In this document: positions 8,875 to 17,184 of the stretch, piece after piece
Position numbering within the stretch: the first letter of the stretch is position 1
Layout of the letters: every line of letters begins with the position of its first letter
Assembly: GCA_046328925.1 (NCBI GenBank)
Contig: JAXLVT010000002.1
Span: 129,949 to 193,948, forward strand
Origin: Anaerolineales bacterium
GTDB taxonomy: Bacteria > Chloroflexota > Anaerolineae > Anaerolineales > Villigracilaceae
Reading direction: 5' to 3'
Length of the DNA: 64,000 nucleotides
The notes under the pieces: generated by a model
Database searches by the model: none
Seen by the model: the letters and a program-made list of their open reading frames with translations, nothing else
What the model was told of the DNA's origin: nothing
Made by a program: the position numbers and the translations under genes

Positions 8875-9486
8875 TTAATGAACAACACGGTATGCGAGAT
8901 GTGTTATGTGCTGAGTTTGTATATTTCGTATGCATTCCAGATTGATTGGGCCTGTGCCCAAGTGATCGAACATGCTGACTCCTCCGCCGATTAGGATTAG
9001 CGCGACATCGACGTGGATTTCGTCAACTAGGCGCAACTTAAGAGCTTGTTGCAGGATGCTGGGTGTGCAGATCACAACATCCTTATCTCCTGCTGCTTTC
9101 TTCGCCTGACGGATTGCGCTTTCAACACCCTCAGTGACAAAGGTGAACGGTGTGCCTTCATTTATCCATTCCTCTGGCGGATGATGTGTGACGATGAAAG
9201 CTGGGGAACCTGGAGGATTTCCACCCCAGGCATGTGCGATATCAAACGTTCTGCGTCCCCAAATACCAGCGCCAAACTTGCCGAACGATTCGTTGATAAG
9301 GTCAGCACTCTGCTTTGAAACCTTGAGCACCATCTTGCCATTCGAGATTGGCACCTCTGTATCGCCACTGAAGTACCAGGTGAAGAGTCCACTGCCACCA
9401 TCGCCCAGTCCGTTTTCTGGGCCATCGTTTGGACCAGCCACAAATCCATCGAGAGACATGGTCATATTGAAAGTAACTTTTCCCAT
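8875..9486 (-). CDS. Dihydrofolate reductase/RibD C-terminal-like protein
   Basis: MTMSLDGFVAGP, GRRTFD, LVDEIHV, IGGG. Confidence 0.85.
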   Translation of the reverse strand: MGKVTFNMTMSLDGFVAGPNDGPENGLGDGGSGLFTWYFSGDTEVPISNGKMVLKVSKQSADLINESFGKFGAGIWGRRTFDIAHAWGGNPPGSPAFIVTHHPPEEWINEGTPFTFVTEGVESAIRQAKKAAGDKDVVICTPSILQQALKLRLVDEIHVDVALILIGGGVSMFDHLGTGPINLECIRNIQTQHITHLAYRVVH

Positions 9487-9500
9487 GGCATTCGCCTAAA

Positions 9501-10010
9501 TTACTTCTTCAGCGTTTCCAAAATTTCATCGAGGCGTTCATACCCTTCCACAACTCCATGTTCCATTCCAGATTGAATCATGTTGTCACGGTCAGAGACA
9601 GACTGAAAGACAGATTGAGACGTGACTCGTGTACGATTCCCAGGCAAAGCTTCAAATCGTGTAGTCTCTAAAACCACATGTCCTGCTTCGGGCAGCCCAT
9701 CGAATTCAAAGGTGCCGATAATCCGCTCGGGGAAGTTAACTTCATGCGTCACACCGTGAAACGAAAATTCATTTCCATCCTTATCTTTTTGGATGAATTT
9801 ATATTTGCCCCCACTGACGGGTTCAAATACTTCAAACCAGGTTTCCAGTCCATGCGGACCCAGCCATTGAGCATAGATTTTTTCATCGGTGTATGCCTTG
9901 AATACCAACTCTCTCGGCGCTTCAAATTCACGGCTGATAAAGAGTTCCTGTTTACCGGGCTCTGCCTTGATAATTGTTTTATTTTTTGTCTGTACGTTTT
10001 TTGTTGCCAT
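9501..10010 (-). CDS. SRPBCC/AHA1-like domain protein
   Basis: [16 protein letters not shown]...QWLGP...[18 protein letters not shown]. Confidence 0.88.
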   Translation of the reverse strand: MATKNVQTKNKTIIKAEPGKQELFISREFEAPRELVFKAYTDEKIYAQWLGPHGLETWFEVFEPVSGGKYKFIQKDKDGNEFSFHGVTHEVNFPERIIGTFEFDGLPEAGHVVLETTRFEALPGNRTRVTSQSVFQSVSDRDNMIQSGMEHGVVEGYERLDEILETLKK

Positions 10011-10332
10011 TTTTTTTCTCCTTTGCTTGCATTTCCATTAATAATTCATCGAGGCGGTCGAATCGTTCTTCCCATAACTTTCGATACTGCTCGATCCAAT
10101 CAGAGACTTCGCTCAATTTATCGGGCTTGGCCTCGCAATAGCGTTCACGCCCTTGTTGATGCACATAGACCAGCCCACATTCAGCAAGAATCTTGATGTG
10201 TTTGGATACAGCGGGACGGCTGATGGAAAAATGTTCAGCTACGCCATTCAAGGTGAGCTTTTGCTTGGCCAATAGGCTTAAGATGGCACGACGGTTAGGG
10301 TCGGCGATTGCTTGGAAAACATCTCTTCTCAT
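9979..10332 (-). CDS. ArsR/SmtB-family transcriptional regulator
   Basis: [44 protein letters not shown]; subtype usually linked to SRPBCC genes. Confidence 0.92.
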   Translation of the reverse strand: MRRDVFQAIADPNRRAILSLLAKQKLTLNGVAEHFSISRPAVSKHIKILAECGLVYVHQQGRERYCEAKPDKLSEVSDWIEQYRKLWEERFDRLDELLMEMQAKEKKNGNKKRTDKK

Positions 10333-10337
10333 AATGT

Positions 10338-10353
10338 GTAACCGTTCGGTTTC
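10338..10353. promoter_or_regulatory. Putative ArsR operator
   Basis: Imperfect palindrome GTAACC-GTTC-GGTTTC between the promoter and the arsR start. Confidence 0.55.
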
Positions 10354-10364
10354 CTTATGTCGGT

Positions 10365-10393
10365 ATTCTAGATTGTTTGTTCTATTAAGTCAA
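10365..10393 (-). promoter_or_regulatory. Sigma70 promoter of the arsR operon with overlapping SOS-box-like site
   Basis: TTGACT-17-TAGAAT; minus-strand TAGAAC-AAAC-AATCTA at 10384-10369. Confidence 0.65.
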
Positions 10394-10398
10394 GGGGA

Positions 10399-10431
10399 TA
10401 AAAAAACTCCCGTCAAGCTTTGACGGGAGTT
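10399..10431 (-). terminator. Intrinsic terminator after lipA
   Basis: AAACTCCCGTCAA-(loop)-TTGACGGGAGTTT followed by a T-tract on the minus strand. Confidence 0.8.
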
Positions 10432-10437
10432 TCGTAA

Positions 10438-11388
10438 TTACTTTATGACTGGCAGTAGCTCGCCATACAACTTGCGATGCACCACACTCAAAGCGCGGAC
10501 TTGTTCCGCCGCGTGATACGAAGAACGCACCAGCGGATTTGACTCCACCCACTTGAAGCCAATCTCTTTGCCGTAATCGCGTAGCTCGGCGAATTCTTCC
10601 ATTGTGTAGTAGCGTTCCATGGCAAGGTGTTTCTTGCTGGGTTGTAAATACTGACCGATGGTGAGAATGTCCACGCCCCAACTGCGTTGATCACGCATTA
10701 CAGCTTTGACTTCATCCATTGTTTCGCCAAGGCCAAGCATAATGCCACTCTTGGTCAATACATCAGGGTCAAGTTTTTTTGCATTGGATAATGTAGCAGC
10801 TGTCCATTCATAATTATCTTGCGGTTGAACGGTCTTGAATAAACGCGGAACAGTTTCCACATTGTGATTCAAAATTTCAGGGCGTGCATCCATCACGATT
10901 TTCAACGCTTCGACGCTGCCTTTGAAATCAGGAATCAATACTTCGATGGAACAGCCTGGTAGCACTTCGCGAATTCTGCGAATGACCATCGCGAAGATGG
11001 GAGCACCACCATCACGGCGTTCATCACGATTGACTGAAGTGATGACTGCATGTTTCAGGTCCATTGATTTGACCGCTTGAGCCACGCGTTCGGCTTCGCC
11101 CCAATCCATCAGTGCGGGTTTGCCGTGTTTGATATCGCAGAAGGCGCAGGTGCGTGTGCATACGTCACCGAGCATCAGGAATGTGGCTGTGCCACTTCCC
11201 CAACATTCGCCGAGGTTAGGACACATGGCTTCTTCGCAAACGGTATGCAGTTCTTTCGAACGCATTAAGACTTGTAACTTTTCAAATGTTTCGCCGGAGG
11301 GCGCGCGCACCTTGATCCAGTCCGGGCGGCGCATGGGGCGAGCTTCTGTTTGAGGTGAGACTCTATCTCTCGTAGGGGTAGCAGGCAT
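10438..11388 (-). CDS. lipA: Lipoyl synthase
   Basis: [12 protein letters not shown], radical-SAM motif [15 protein letters not shown]. Confidence 0.97.
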   Translation of the reverse strand: MPATPTRDRVSPQTEARPMRRPDWIKVRAPSGETFEKLQVLMRSKELHTVCEEAMCPNLGECWGSGTATFLMLGDVCTRTCAFCDIKHGKPALMDWGEAERVAQAVKSMDLKHAVITSVNRDERRDGGAPIFAMVIRRIREVLPGCSIEVLIPDFKGSVEALKIVMDARPEILNHNVETVPRLFKTVQPQDNYEWTAATLSNAKKLDPDVLTKSGIMLGLGETMDEVKAVMRDQRSWGVDILTIGQYLQPSKKHLAMERYYTMEEFAELRDYGKEIGFKWVESNPLVRSSYHAAEQVRALSVVHRKLYGELLPVIK

Positions 11389-11421
11389 AAGGTCCTTTGG
11401 ATGCGGGTTTGAGGTCCGCTT

Positions 11422-12726
11422 TTATTTTTTCTTAACGATTAATCTTAATCCACGTACTTCGACAACCTCGATTTTATCTCCCTTACTGATACTTGCCGAG
11501 TCTGGAGATTTTTCTGCGCTCCACAATTCTGCTTCCACCTGGACTTGGCCCGCATCACCATCAAACGTTTTGGCTGTTCCTGTTTTCCCGGAGAGGGATT
11601 CACTCCCAGTCTGGATGCGGCCTTTTTGTGCGCGCAGTGCGAAGACCATCACTGTAAAGAACAACACCCCGATGACAAGGCCAACAGCAATGACCAGCGG
11701 AACGGATACTCGTTGAAATTGTGGCGTGCCCGGTGAGTTGAATAAAACCAAGGCACCAATAACAAAGGATGCGACCCCGGCCGTGGTTAGTGCGCCGTGA
11801 GTTGCAGCTTTGATATCCAGTATGAATAATACAAACGCAATCACCAAAAATGCGGCACCAAACCAATTGACGGGAAGGATCCCCATGCCATATACAGAAA
11901 GTGCGATGAAAGAGGCACCGAAGAAGCCTGCCACCCAACCACCTGGGCTGGAGAATTCAATTAAAATTAACATGGAGCCTAAAGAGAGCAAACCAAATAC
12001 GATATTTGGATCTGTGATGAGAAGTAGAAAACTCTCGATGAAATTAATTCCAAGTGGTTCCGTTTGAATATCTTTTGTATTAAGAGTATGTTTGCCCGCT
12101 GCGGTTGTCACTGTGAATCCATCCAGCTGTTGCAAGAGGTCTTCGGTATCGTCTGAAATAAAATCAATCAATTTGGCTTGTAGGGCTTCGTTGGCAGTGA
12201 CTGCTTTGGCATCGTCGATCATGGATTCAGCAAGTTGGGTGGCTTCTTTTCCGCGAGACCCAACGAGGGAACGGGCTTTGGCTTTGAGATCTTCTTTTAT
12301 CTTCTTTTGCAGGGTGGTTTGAATATCAGCACCGGAGCTATCAATCGGGCTGGCCGCGCCAATCACGGTCCGCGGGGCCATGGAAGAAGCATGTCCAGCC
12401 ATGGTGATTAAAGCTCCAGCACTGGCGGCTTGCGCATCATTTGGGGCTACATAAATTACAACAGGCACTGTGCTTTTCCCGATTGCTTCAATCATGTCGG
12501 ACATGGTGCTGATGCTGCCGCCTGGGGTGTTTAATTCAATGATGAGTACTTCAGCGTTTCGTTGTTCTGCGGTTTTAATTCCCCGTTTGAAATATTCCAA
12601 CATAGGCGGCATGATGGGACCATCTGCTGTCATGACGAGCGCGAGAGGTTTGTCTGATTGCGCCTGAACTTGCGAAAAAAGCGCGAAGATTGCAAGAACA
12701 AGGAATACAACACGAATTTTTTTCAT
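11422..12726 (-). CDS. nfeD: NfeD long form (ClpP-like serine protease domain + TM helices + OB domain)
   Basis: LNTPGG, AASAG, IGAASPI, TM bundle, C-terminal ELWSA...EVVEVRGLRLIV. Start MKKIRV (12726) gives a signal peptide. Confidence 0.88.
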   Translation of the reverse strand: MKKIRVVFLVLAIFALFSQVQAQSDKPLALVMTADGPIMPPMLEYFKRGIKTAEQRNAEVLIIELNTPGGSISTMSDMIEAIGKSTVPVVIYVAPNDAQAASAGALITMAGHASSMAPRTVIGAASPIDSSGADIQTTLQKKIKEDLKAKARSLVGSRGKEATQLAESMIDDAKAVTANEALQAKLIDFISDDTEDLLQQLDGFTVTTAAGKHTLNTKDIQTEPLGINFIESFLLLITDPNIVFGLLSLGSMLILIEFSSPGGWVAGFFGASFIALSVYGMGILPVNWFGAAFLVIAFVLFILDIKAATHGALTTAGVASFVIGALVLFNSPGTPQFQRVSVPLVIAVGLVIGVLFFTVMVFALRAQKGRIQTGSESLSGKTGTAKTFDGDAGQVQVEAELWSAEKSPDSASISKGDKIEVVEVRGLRLIVKKK

Positions 12727-12749
12727 GCGATGATTATAATCCTTAAGCA

Positions 12750-12773
12750 AAGACGGCCTTTTGGCCGTCTTTG
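12750..12773 (-). terminator. Hairpin after pstB
   Basis: AAAGACGGCC-TTTT-GGCCGTCTTT. Confidence 0.65.
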
Positions 12774-12802
12774 TTGGTGAAAACCTGACTCGAAATTTTT
12801 TC

Positions 12803-13558
12803 TTAGAACTGTCCTTCGAGATATTGTCTGGTGCGTTCGTGTTTGGGGTTGGAGAAGACTTCTTTTGCGGGACCAGCTTCAATCACTTCACCTAGATACA
12901 TATAGATGACATAATCAGCAAGGCGTTTGGCTTGTCGCAAGGTGTGGGTGACGATGACCGTGGTGTAGTTTTGTTTTAAATCCAGCAGGCGGCTTTCGAT
13001 GTTTTGAGAAGAGATTGGGTCCAATGCGGAAGTGGGTTCGTCGCCGAGGATAATTTCAGGTTCAACGGCCAAGCCTCGGGCGAGGCAGAGGCGTTGTTGT
13101 TGTCCAATGGAGAGGCTGGTGGCGGGATCATGCAAACGCTTTTGAACTTCTTCCCAGAGACCCGCGATTTCAAGATAATGTTTGACCGCGGCTTTATATT
13201 CCTTGCGATCTTTTTTCATCTTGTGAATGTGCATGCCGTAAGCGATGTTGTCATAGATTGACATGGGTAAAGGCGTGGGACGTTGAGCGAGCAAGCCAAC
13301 TACTTTGCGCACTTCGGTGACATCTACTTCACGATCGTAAATGTTTTCACCGTCTACAAGTACCTGACCGTTAATTTGTGTGCCTTCCGTTAATTCAAGA
13401 AAACGATTAAAGGTTTTTAAGAGTGTGGTCTTGCCACAGCCTGACGGCCCCATGATGACGGTAATTTGTTTTTTTGGAATTTCAATATTGATGTCTTTTA
13501 AGGCTTGTTGTTTGCCATAATAAACGTTGAGATCTTTTACTTGAATATGTGAGTCCAT
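12803..13558 (-). CDS. pstB: PstB-like ABC ATPase
   Basis: GPSGCGKT, LSIGQQQRLCLAR, DEPTSALDP, VTH. Confidence 0.85.
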   Translation of the reverse strand: MDSHIQVKDLNVYYGKQQALKDINIEIPKKQITVIMGPSGCGKTTLLKTFNRFLELTEGTQINGQVLVDGENIYDREVDVTEVRKVVGLLAQRPTPLPMSIYDNIAYGMHIHKMKKDRKEYKAAVKHYLEIAGLWEEVQKRLHDPATSLSIGQQQRLCLARGLAVEPEIILGDEPTSALDPISSQNIESRLLDLKQNYTTVIVTHTLRQAKRLADYVIYMYLGEVIEAGPAKEVFSNPKHERTRQYLEGQF

Positions 13559-13575
13559 ATGTATTAATCCTTTCC

Positions 13576-14448
13576 CTATTTGATTGTGTATCGATTTAAC
13601 CTTGCTGATAGCCAGCGTGAGCCAAGGCTGACGGCAAGAACAATAATCGTAAGAATTAACGCAGCTGCGTAACCGCGTTGTTGTACTTCTGGATAAGGGG
13701 AGCCGAGTTGAAAAAATACTGCAAGCGGAAGGGATGCAGTGGGACGCATCAACGAGGTGGGAATGCGGTCGGTGTACCCTGCAGTGAAAAGAACAGAAGC
13801 TGCATCCCCGATGCCACGACCAAATCCTAGCAATACAGCAGTGGTAATCCCTGGCAACATCTGACGGGTGACCACGCGTAGTGCTACTTCAAATTTTGTG
13901 GAGCCGAGGGCAAGGGCTGCGTGTTCAAGTTCCACAGGCATACGGCGAATCACTTCATCCATGGCGCGAGTCATAATGGGTAGTTCGATGAAAGCGAGGA
14001 TGATGATGCCAGCTAGCAATGAAGCTCGCATGCCAATCGTAATCATCAAGGCGAAACCAAAGGCACCGTAAACAATGGATGGAATGCCCCAAAGCACGTC
14101 GAGGGAGAGGCGTACATATTGCCCCCACTTGGAGTCACCAAGATAGGTTTTTAAATAAAGTGCGATGGGAACGCTGAAAAGAACTGCAAGCAAGGTTCCG
14201 CCGCTTGCCAGATACGCTGAACCGATAATTGCGTTGAGGATGCCTCCACCTTTGCCCATGTAGTAGCCGCCTTTGGGGATTTGAGAAACCATTTCCCAGG
14301 AGAGTGAAGGTAGGCCACGTACGATAACGATCCATAAAATTAATCCAAGAGACCCAGCTACAATTACCAATGAAACCCGCATGATAAATTTCATGAAGGT
14401 TTCCATCAGGTGGCGTCGTTGCCATTGTTTTTTCTTTAAGAGGCTCAT
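13576..14448 (-). CDS. pstA: PstA-like ABC permease
   Basis: GGILNAIIGS, GIPSIVYG, EAA-like loop EHAALALGSTK. Confidence 0.82.
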   Translation of the reverse strand: MSLLKKKQWQRRHLMETFMKFIMRVSLVIVAGSLGLILWIVIVRGLPSLSWEMVSQIPKGGYYMGKGGGILNAIIGSAYLASGGTLLAVLFSVPIALYLKTYLGDSKWGQYVRLSLDVLWGIPSIVYGAFGFALMITIGMRASLLAGIIILAFIELPIMTRAMDEVIRRMPVELEHAALALGSTKFEVALRVVTRQMLPGITTAVLLGFGRGIGDAASVLFTAGYTDRIPTSLMRPTASLPLAVFFQLGSPYPEVQQRGYAAALILTIIVLAVSLGSRWLSARLNRYTIK

Positions 14449-15425
14449 TTTTTCCTCAACATTCGTCGAAGCACAATTAGGGAAAGGATGTTGAAAATTA
14501 GAATTACTAACAATAAAACGAGTGCAGCGCTGAGAAGTGCCGCATCATACAACGGGACAGACATCATCTCGCCATAATTATTTGCGATTAACGCTGGGAG
14601 TGGATACGCTGAATCAAAAATTGAAGTTGGGATTTGTGGAATATTTCCAACCACCATTAACACAGCAATGGTTTCACCAAGTGCGCGGGACGCTCCAAGT
14701 ACTACTGCCGCAAGAATGCCAGGGCCGACCTGTGGCAAAACAATATTACGGATGGTTTGCCATTGAGTAGCACCAACTGCCAGAGAGGCATGGCGCAAAT
14801 CGTTTGGCACTGTGGAGAAAATTTCATACATCACCGAAATTACCAATGGGGCGATCATGACTGCCAATACAATGCCTGCGGAAAGAATGTTGAACCCTGT
14901 CGGCTGGTTGACACTGAAAATTGGAACAGAACTCAGCCAACGCTTTGAAAGAGGCGCGAGCACATTGTTCACAAAAGGTACGATGGCAACCAATCCCCAT
15001 ACTCCGTACACTACAGGTGGAATGGCTGCCAACAAGTCCAATACAGGTTTGGCAATGGAACGTGTGCGGGCGTGTGCATATTCCGCAAGATAAATGGCTG
15101 TCAACAAGCAAGCTGGGACGGAAAGTATAACCCCCACAATTGTGACCCAAAAAGTACCAAGGATGAAAGGCCAAAACCCAAATAGACCATCGTTGGGTTT
15201 CCAGACTCGTCCAAAAAGCAGATCGCTTAATCCATAAGCACTAATAATCGGCCAGGAGCGGATGAATAGTGCAATGGTGACGAATAGAATCAACAGGACA
15301 GGTAGCAATGAAAATATAAAAAAAGCACGACGCGCTATCTGATCTTGTCGGGTCCGAAGCGCGGCAGAAGGCCGGGATTGCCGGCCTTCTGTTTGTTTGT
15401 TGAGATAAGTATTAAATCGGCTCAT
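14445..15425 (-). CDS. pstC: PstC-like ABC permease
   Basis: AIYLAEY, LLAAIPPVVYG, SRALGETIAVLMVVGN. Confidence 0.82.
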   Translation of the reverse strand: MSRFNTYLNKQTEGRQSRPSAALRTRQDQIARRAFFIFSLLPVLLILFVTIALFIRSWPIISAYGLSDLLFGRVWKPNDGLFGFWPFILGTFWVTIVGVILSVPACLLTAIYLAEYAHARTRSIAKPVLDLLAAIPPVVYGVWGLVAIVPFVNNVLAPLSKRWLSSVPIFSVNQPTGFNILSAGIVLAVMIAPLVISVMYEIFSTVPNDLRHASLAVGATQWQTIRNIVLPQVGPGILAAVVLGASRALGETIAVLMVVGNIPQIPTSIFDSAYPLPALIANNYGEMMSVPLYDAALLSAALVLLLVILIFNILSLIVLRRMLRKK

Positions 15426-16438
15426 TTTAGTTTTGCAAGTGATTCGGCTTGTTGTTCAGGGGTGAGAGGCACGAAACCTGCAGATTCAAGATATTGTTGC
15501 CCATCGGTCAAAATCCATTGGATAAATGCCAGAGTTAAACCTTCGGGTTTTCCAAGCGTGGCAAGGTTTTCAAAGCGGGATGGAGGAGACGGATACGTTC
15601 CATTTGCAACTGCTGCAAACGCATCTCCTTTGACTTTGAAGATTTCATCATCATCTGCCTGACCATTGGTGTTGACATCAATAGGAGGAATGATGATGCC
15701 GGGGACGATATTTCCATTGCTCAAATCAAAAATGCTATTTAAGTTGCCGAAGCCAATGGCTAGCGGGTCTTTGATTACTTCGCCGAGGATGGCAGGTTCA
15801 CCGTTTACGCCAACGCCCTTAAGATCTTCCTGAGCCTTCCCACCAGCAAACTTAGCCCACTGTTCGGCAGCGCCAGATGAATCAGAACGAGTGAAGACAT
15901 GGATTTCATCGGTGATGGTGTCATCGCCAACGACTTGTCCCCAAGTGGTGATTTCGCCGGTGATATAAATCTTGGAAAAAATTTCCTGTGAAATCCCTTT
16001 GGCGAGAATCTGTTTAGCAACAGGGTTTTGGGCATTGATAATCGGGAAGACTGCATCTTTGGTGACGGAGACCCAGAAAATGTTCTGAGCTTCTTCTTCA
16101 GGTTTGATACTGCGGGAGATCATGCCGATATCTACTGCGCCAGCAATGGTGTCGGTCATACCTTTACCAGCACCGCCACCTTGTACATCGAATTGGACAT
16201 CAGGATGAAGCTTGGTGAACTCCTCAGCCCAAACGGTCATCATGGGATAAAGGGCAAATGCACCAGAAACTGCAATTGTTCCGCTAAGAGGTTCAGATGT
16301 AACGGTAGGGACTTCGGTAGAAGTCTGAGAGGCTACAGTTTCAGTGGCAACTGTAGCTGGGGCGGAAGATCCGCAGGCTGCTAAAACCAAGGATGTGACA
16401 ATTAGAATAGGTAGCAGTGTTAAAGTTTGTTTTCTCAT
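15422..16438 (-). CDS. PstS-like oxyanion-binding lipoprotein (substrate uncertain)
   Basis: Lipobox LAAC; PBP2/PstS-type motifs (DIGMISR, TWG, RSDSSG, YP..R), but with SGAFA and GGAGKG in place of GSTS and GSG. Confidence 0.75.
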   Translation of the reverse strand: MRKQTLTLLPILIVTSLVLAACGSSAPATVATETVASQTSTEVPTVTSEPLSGTIAVSGAFALYPMMTVWAEEFTKLHPDVQFDVQGGGAGKGMTDTIAGAVDIGMISRSIKPEEEAQNIFWVSVTKDAVFPIINAQNPVAKQILAKGISQEIFSKIYITGEITTWGQVVGDDTITDEIHVFTRSDSSGAAEQWAKFAGGKAQEDLKGVGVNGEPAILGEVIKDPLAIGFGNLNSIFDLSNGNIVPGIIIPPIDVNTNGQADDDEIFKVKGDAFAAVANGTYPSPPSRFENLATLGKPEGLTLAFIQWILTDGQQYLESAGFVPLTPEQQAESLAKLK

Positions 16439-16467
16439 ATTGTTTCTCCAATTTGTTTATATATTAC

Positions 16468-16492
16468 AAAGTCTATAGTACTAGTATACTTT
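16468..16492. promoter_or_regulatory. Rrf2-type 25-bp operator upstream of the pstS-like gene
   Basis: AAAGTCTA-N9-TATACTTT imperfect palindrome; matches the box at 17004-17028. Confidence 0.65.
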
Positions 16493-16535
16493 TTGGATAA
16501 ATAAAAATGTGCTTCCTTATGAAGTTATTTATTAT

Positions 16536-16994
16536 TTACTTAATGCCAAGTTTCTTACGAACGGCGCTTTGACGTTTGGTCACATCAGATAATGAGGTGT
16601 TATCCAAAATATCTGCAATGGCATTTCGTACATCGCCCATTGCCAAGCGCAATCCACAAGTCTGTTCATCAGGGCAGCCACATGGCTCGTACGCCATTTG
16701 ACTTACACACTTGATGGGAGCAACAGGTCCATCCAACACGCGAAAGATTTGTCCGAGGGTGATGTCATTGGCAGACCTGGCCAGGTAATACCCACCGCCG
16801 ACACCCATTTTGCTGTGCAAGAGTCCCGCGTTTTTGAGTGTCAAAAGAATCTGCTCAAGGAACTTGGGGGAGATTTGCTCGCGAAGCGAGATCTCTTTAA
16901 TCTGCATCATTTGTGGAGCGTCGCTTTTCTCAGCGGGTTCTGCCAAGGCAATCATGGCCCGTAGACCATACTCGCCGCGCTTGGAAATTCTCAT
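16536..16994 (-). CDS. Rrf2-family transcriptional regulator with Cys cluster
   Basis: SKRGEYGLRAM, FLEQILLTLKNAGLLHSKMGVGGGYYL, CVSQMAYEPCGCPDEQTC. Confidence 0.92.
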   Translation of the reverse strand: MRISKRGEYGLRAMIALAEPAEKSDAPQMMQIKEISLREQISPKFLEQILLTLKNAGLLHSKMGVGGGYYLARSANDITLGQIFRVLDGPVAPIKCVSQMAYEPCGCPDEQTCGLRLAMGDVRNAIADILDNTSLSDVTKRQSAVRKKLGIK

Positions 16995-17003
16995 AAATCC
17001 TAT

Positions 17004-17028
17004 AACTCCTACTAAACCAATAGACTAT
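17004..17028. promoter_or_regulatory. Rrf2-type 25-bp operator (autoregulatory)
   Basis: Minus strand ATAGTCTA-N9-TAGGAGTT between the promoter and the rrf2 start. Confidence 0.65.
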
Positions 17029-17038
17029 GTTGGCTGAA

Positions 17039-17067
17039 ATCATAATTCAGCCGCTGAATTATGTCAA
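17039..17067 (-). promoter_or_regulatory. Sigma70 promoter of rrf2 with a perfect palindrome in the spacer
   Basis: TTGACA-17-TATGAT; CATAATTCAG-CCG-CTGAATTATG at 17041-17063. Confidence 0.65.
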
Positions 17068-17184
17068 GGTGATGATTCGAAAATTTCCTATAAAAAATAG
17101 AATTAATTTTGATAACTGACTGCAAATAGGCCACTTCACTGTTAATAGTAAAATCCTTCAGATTTCAAGGAATTATGAGGTTTT

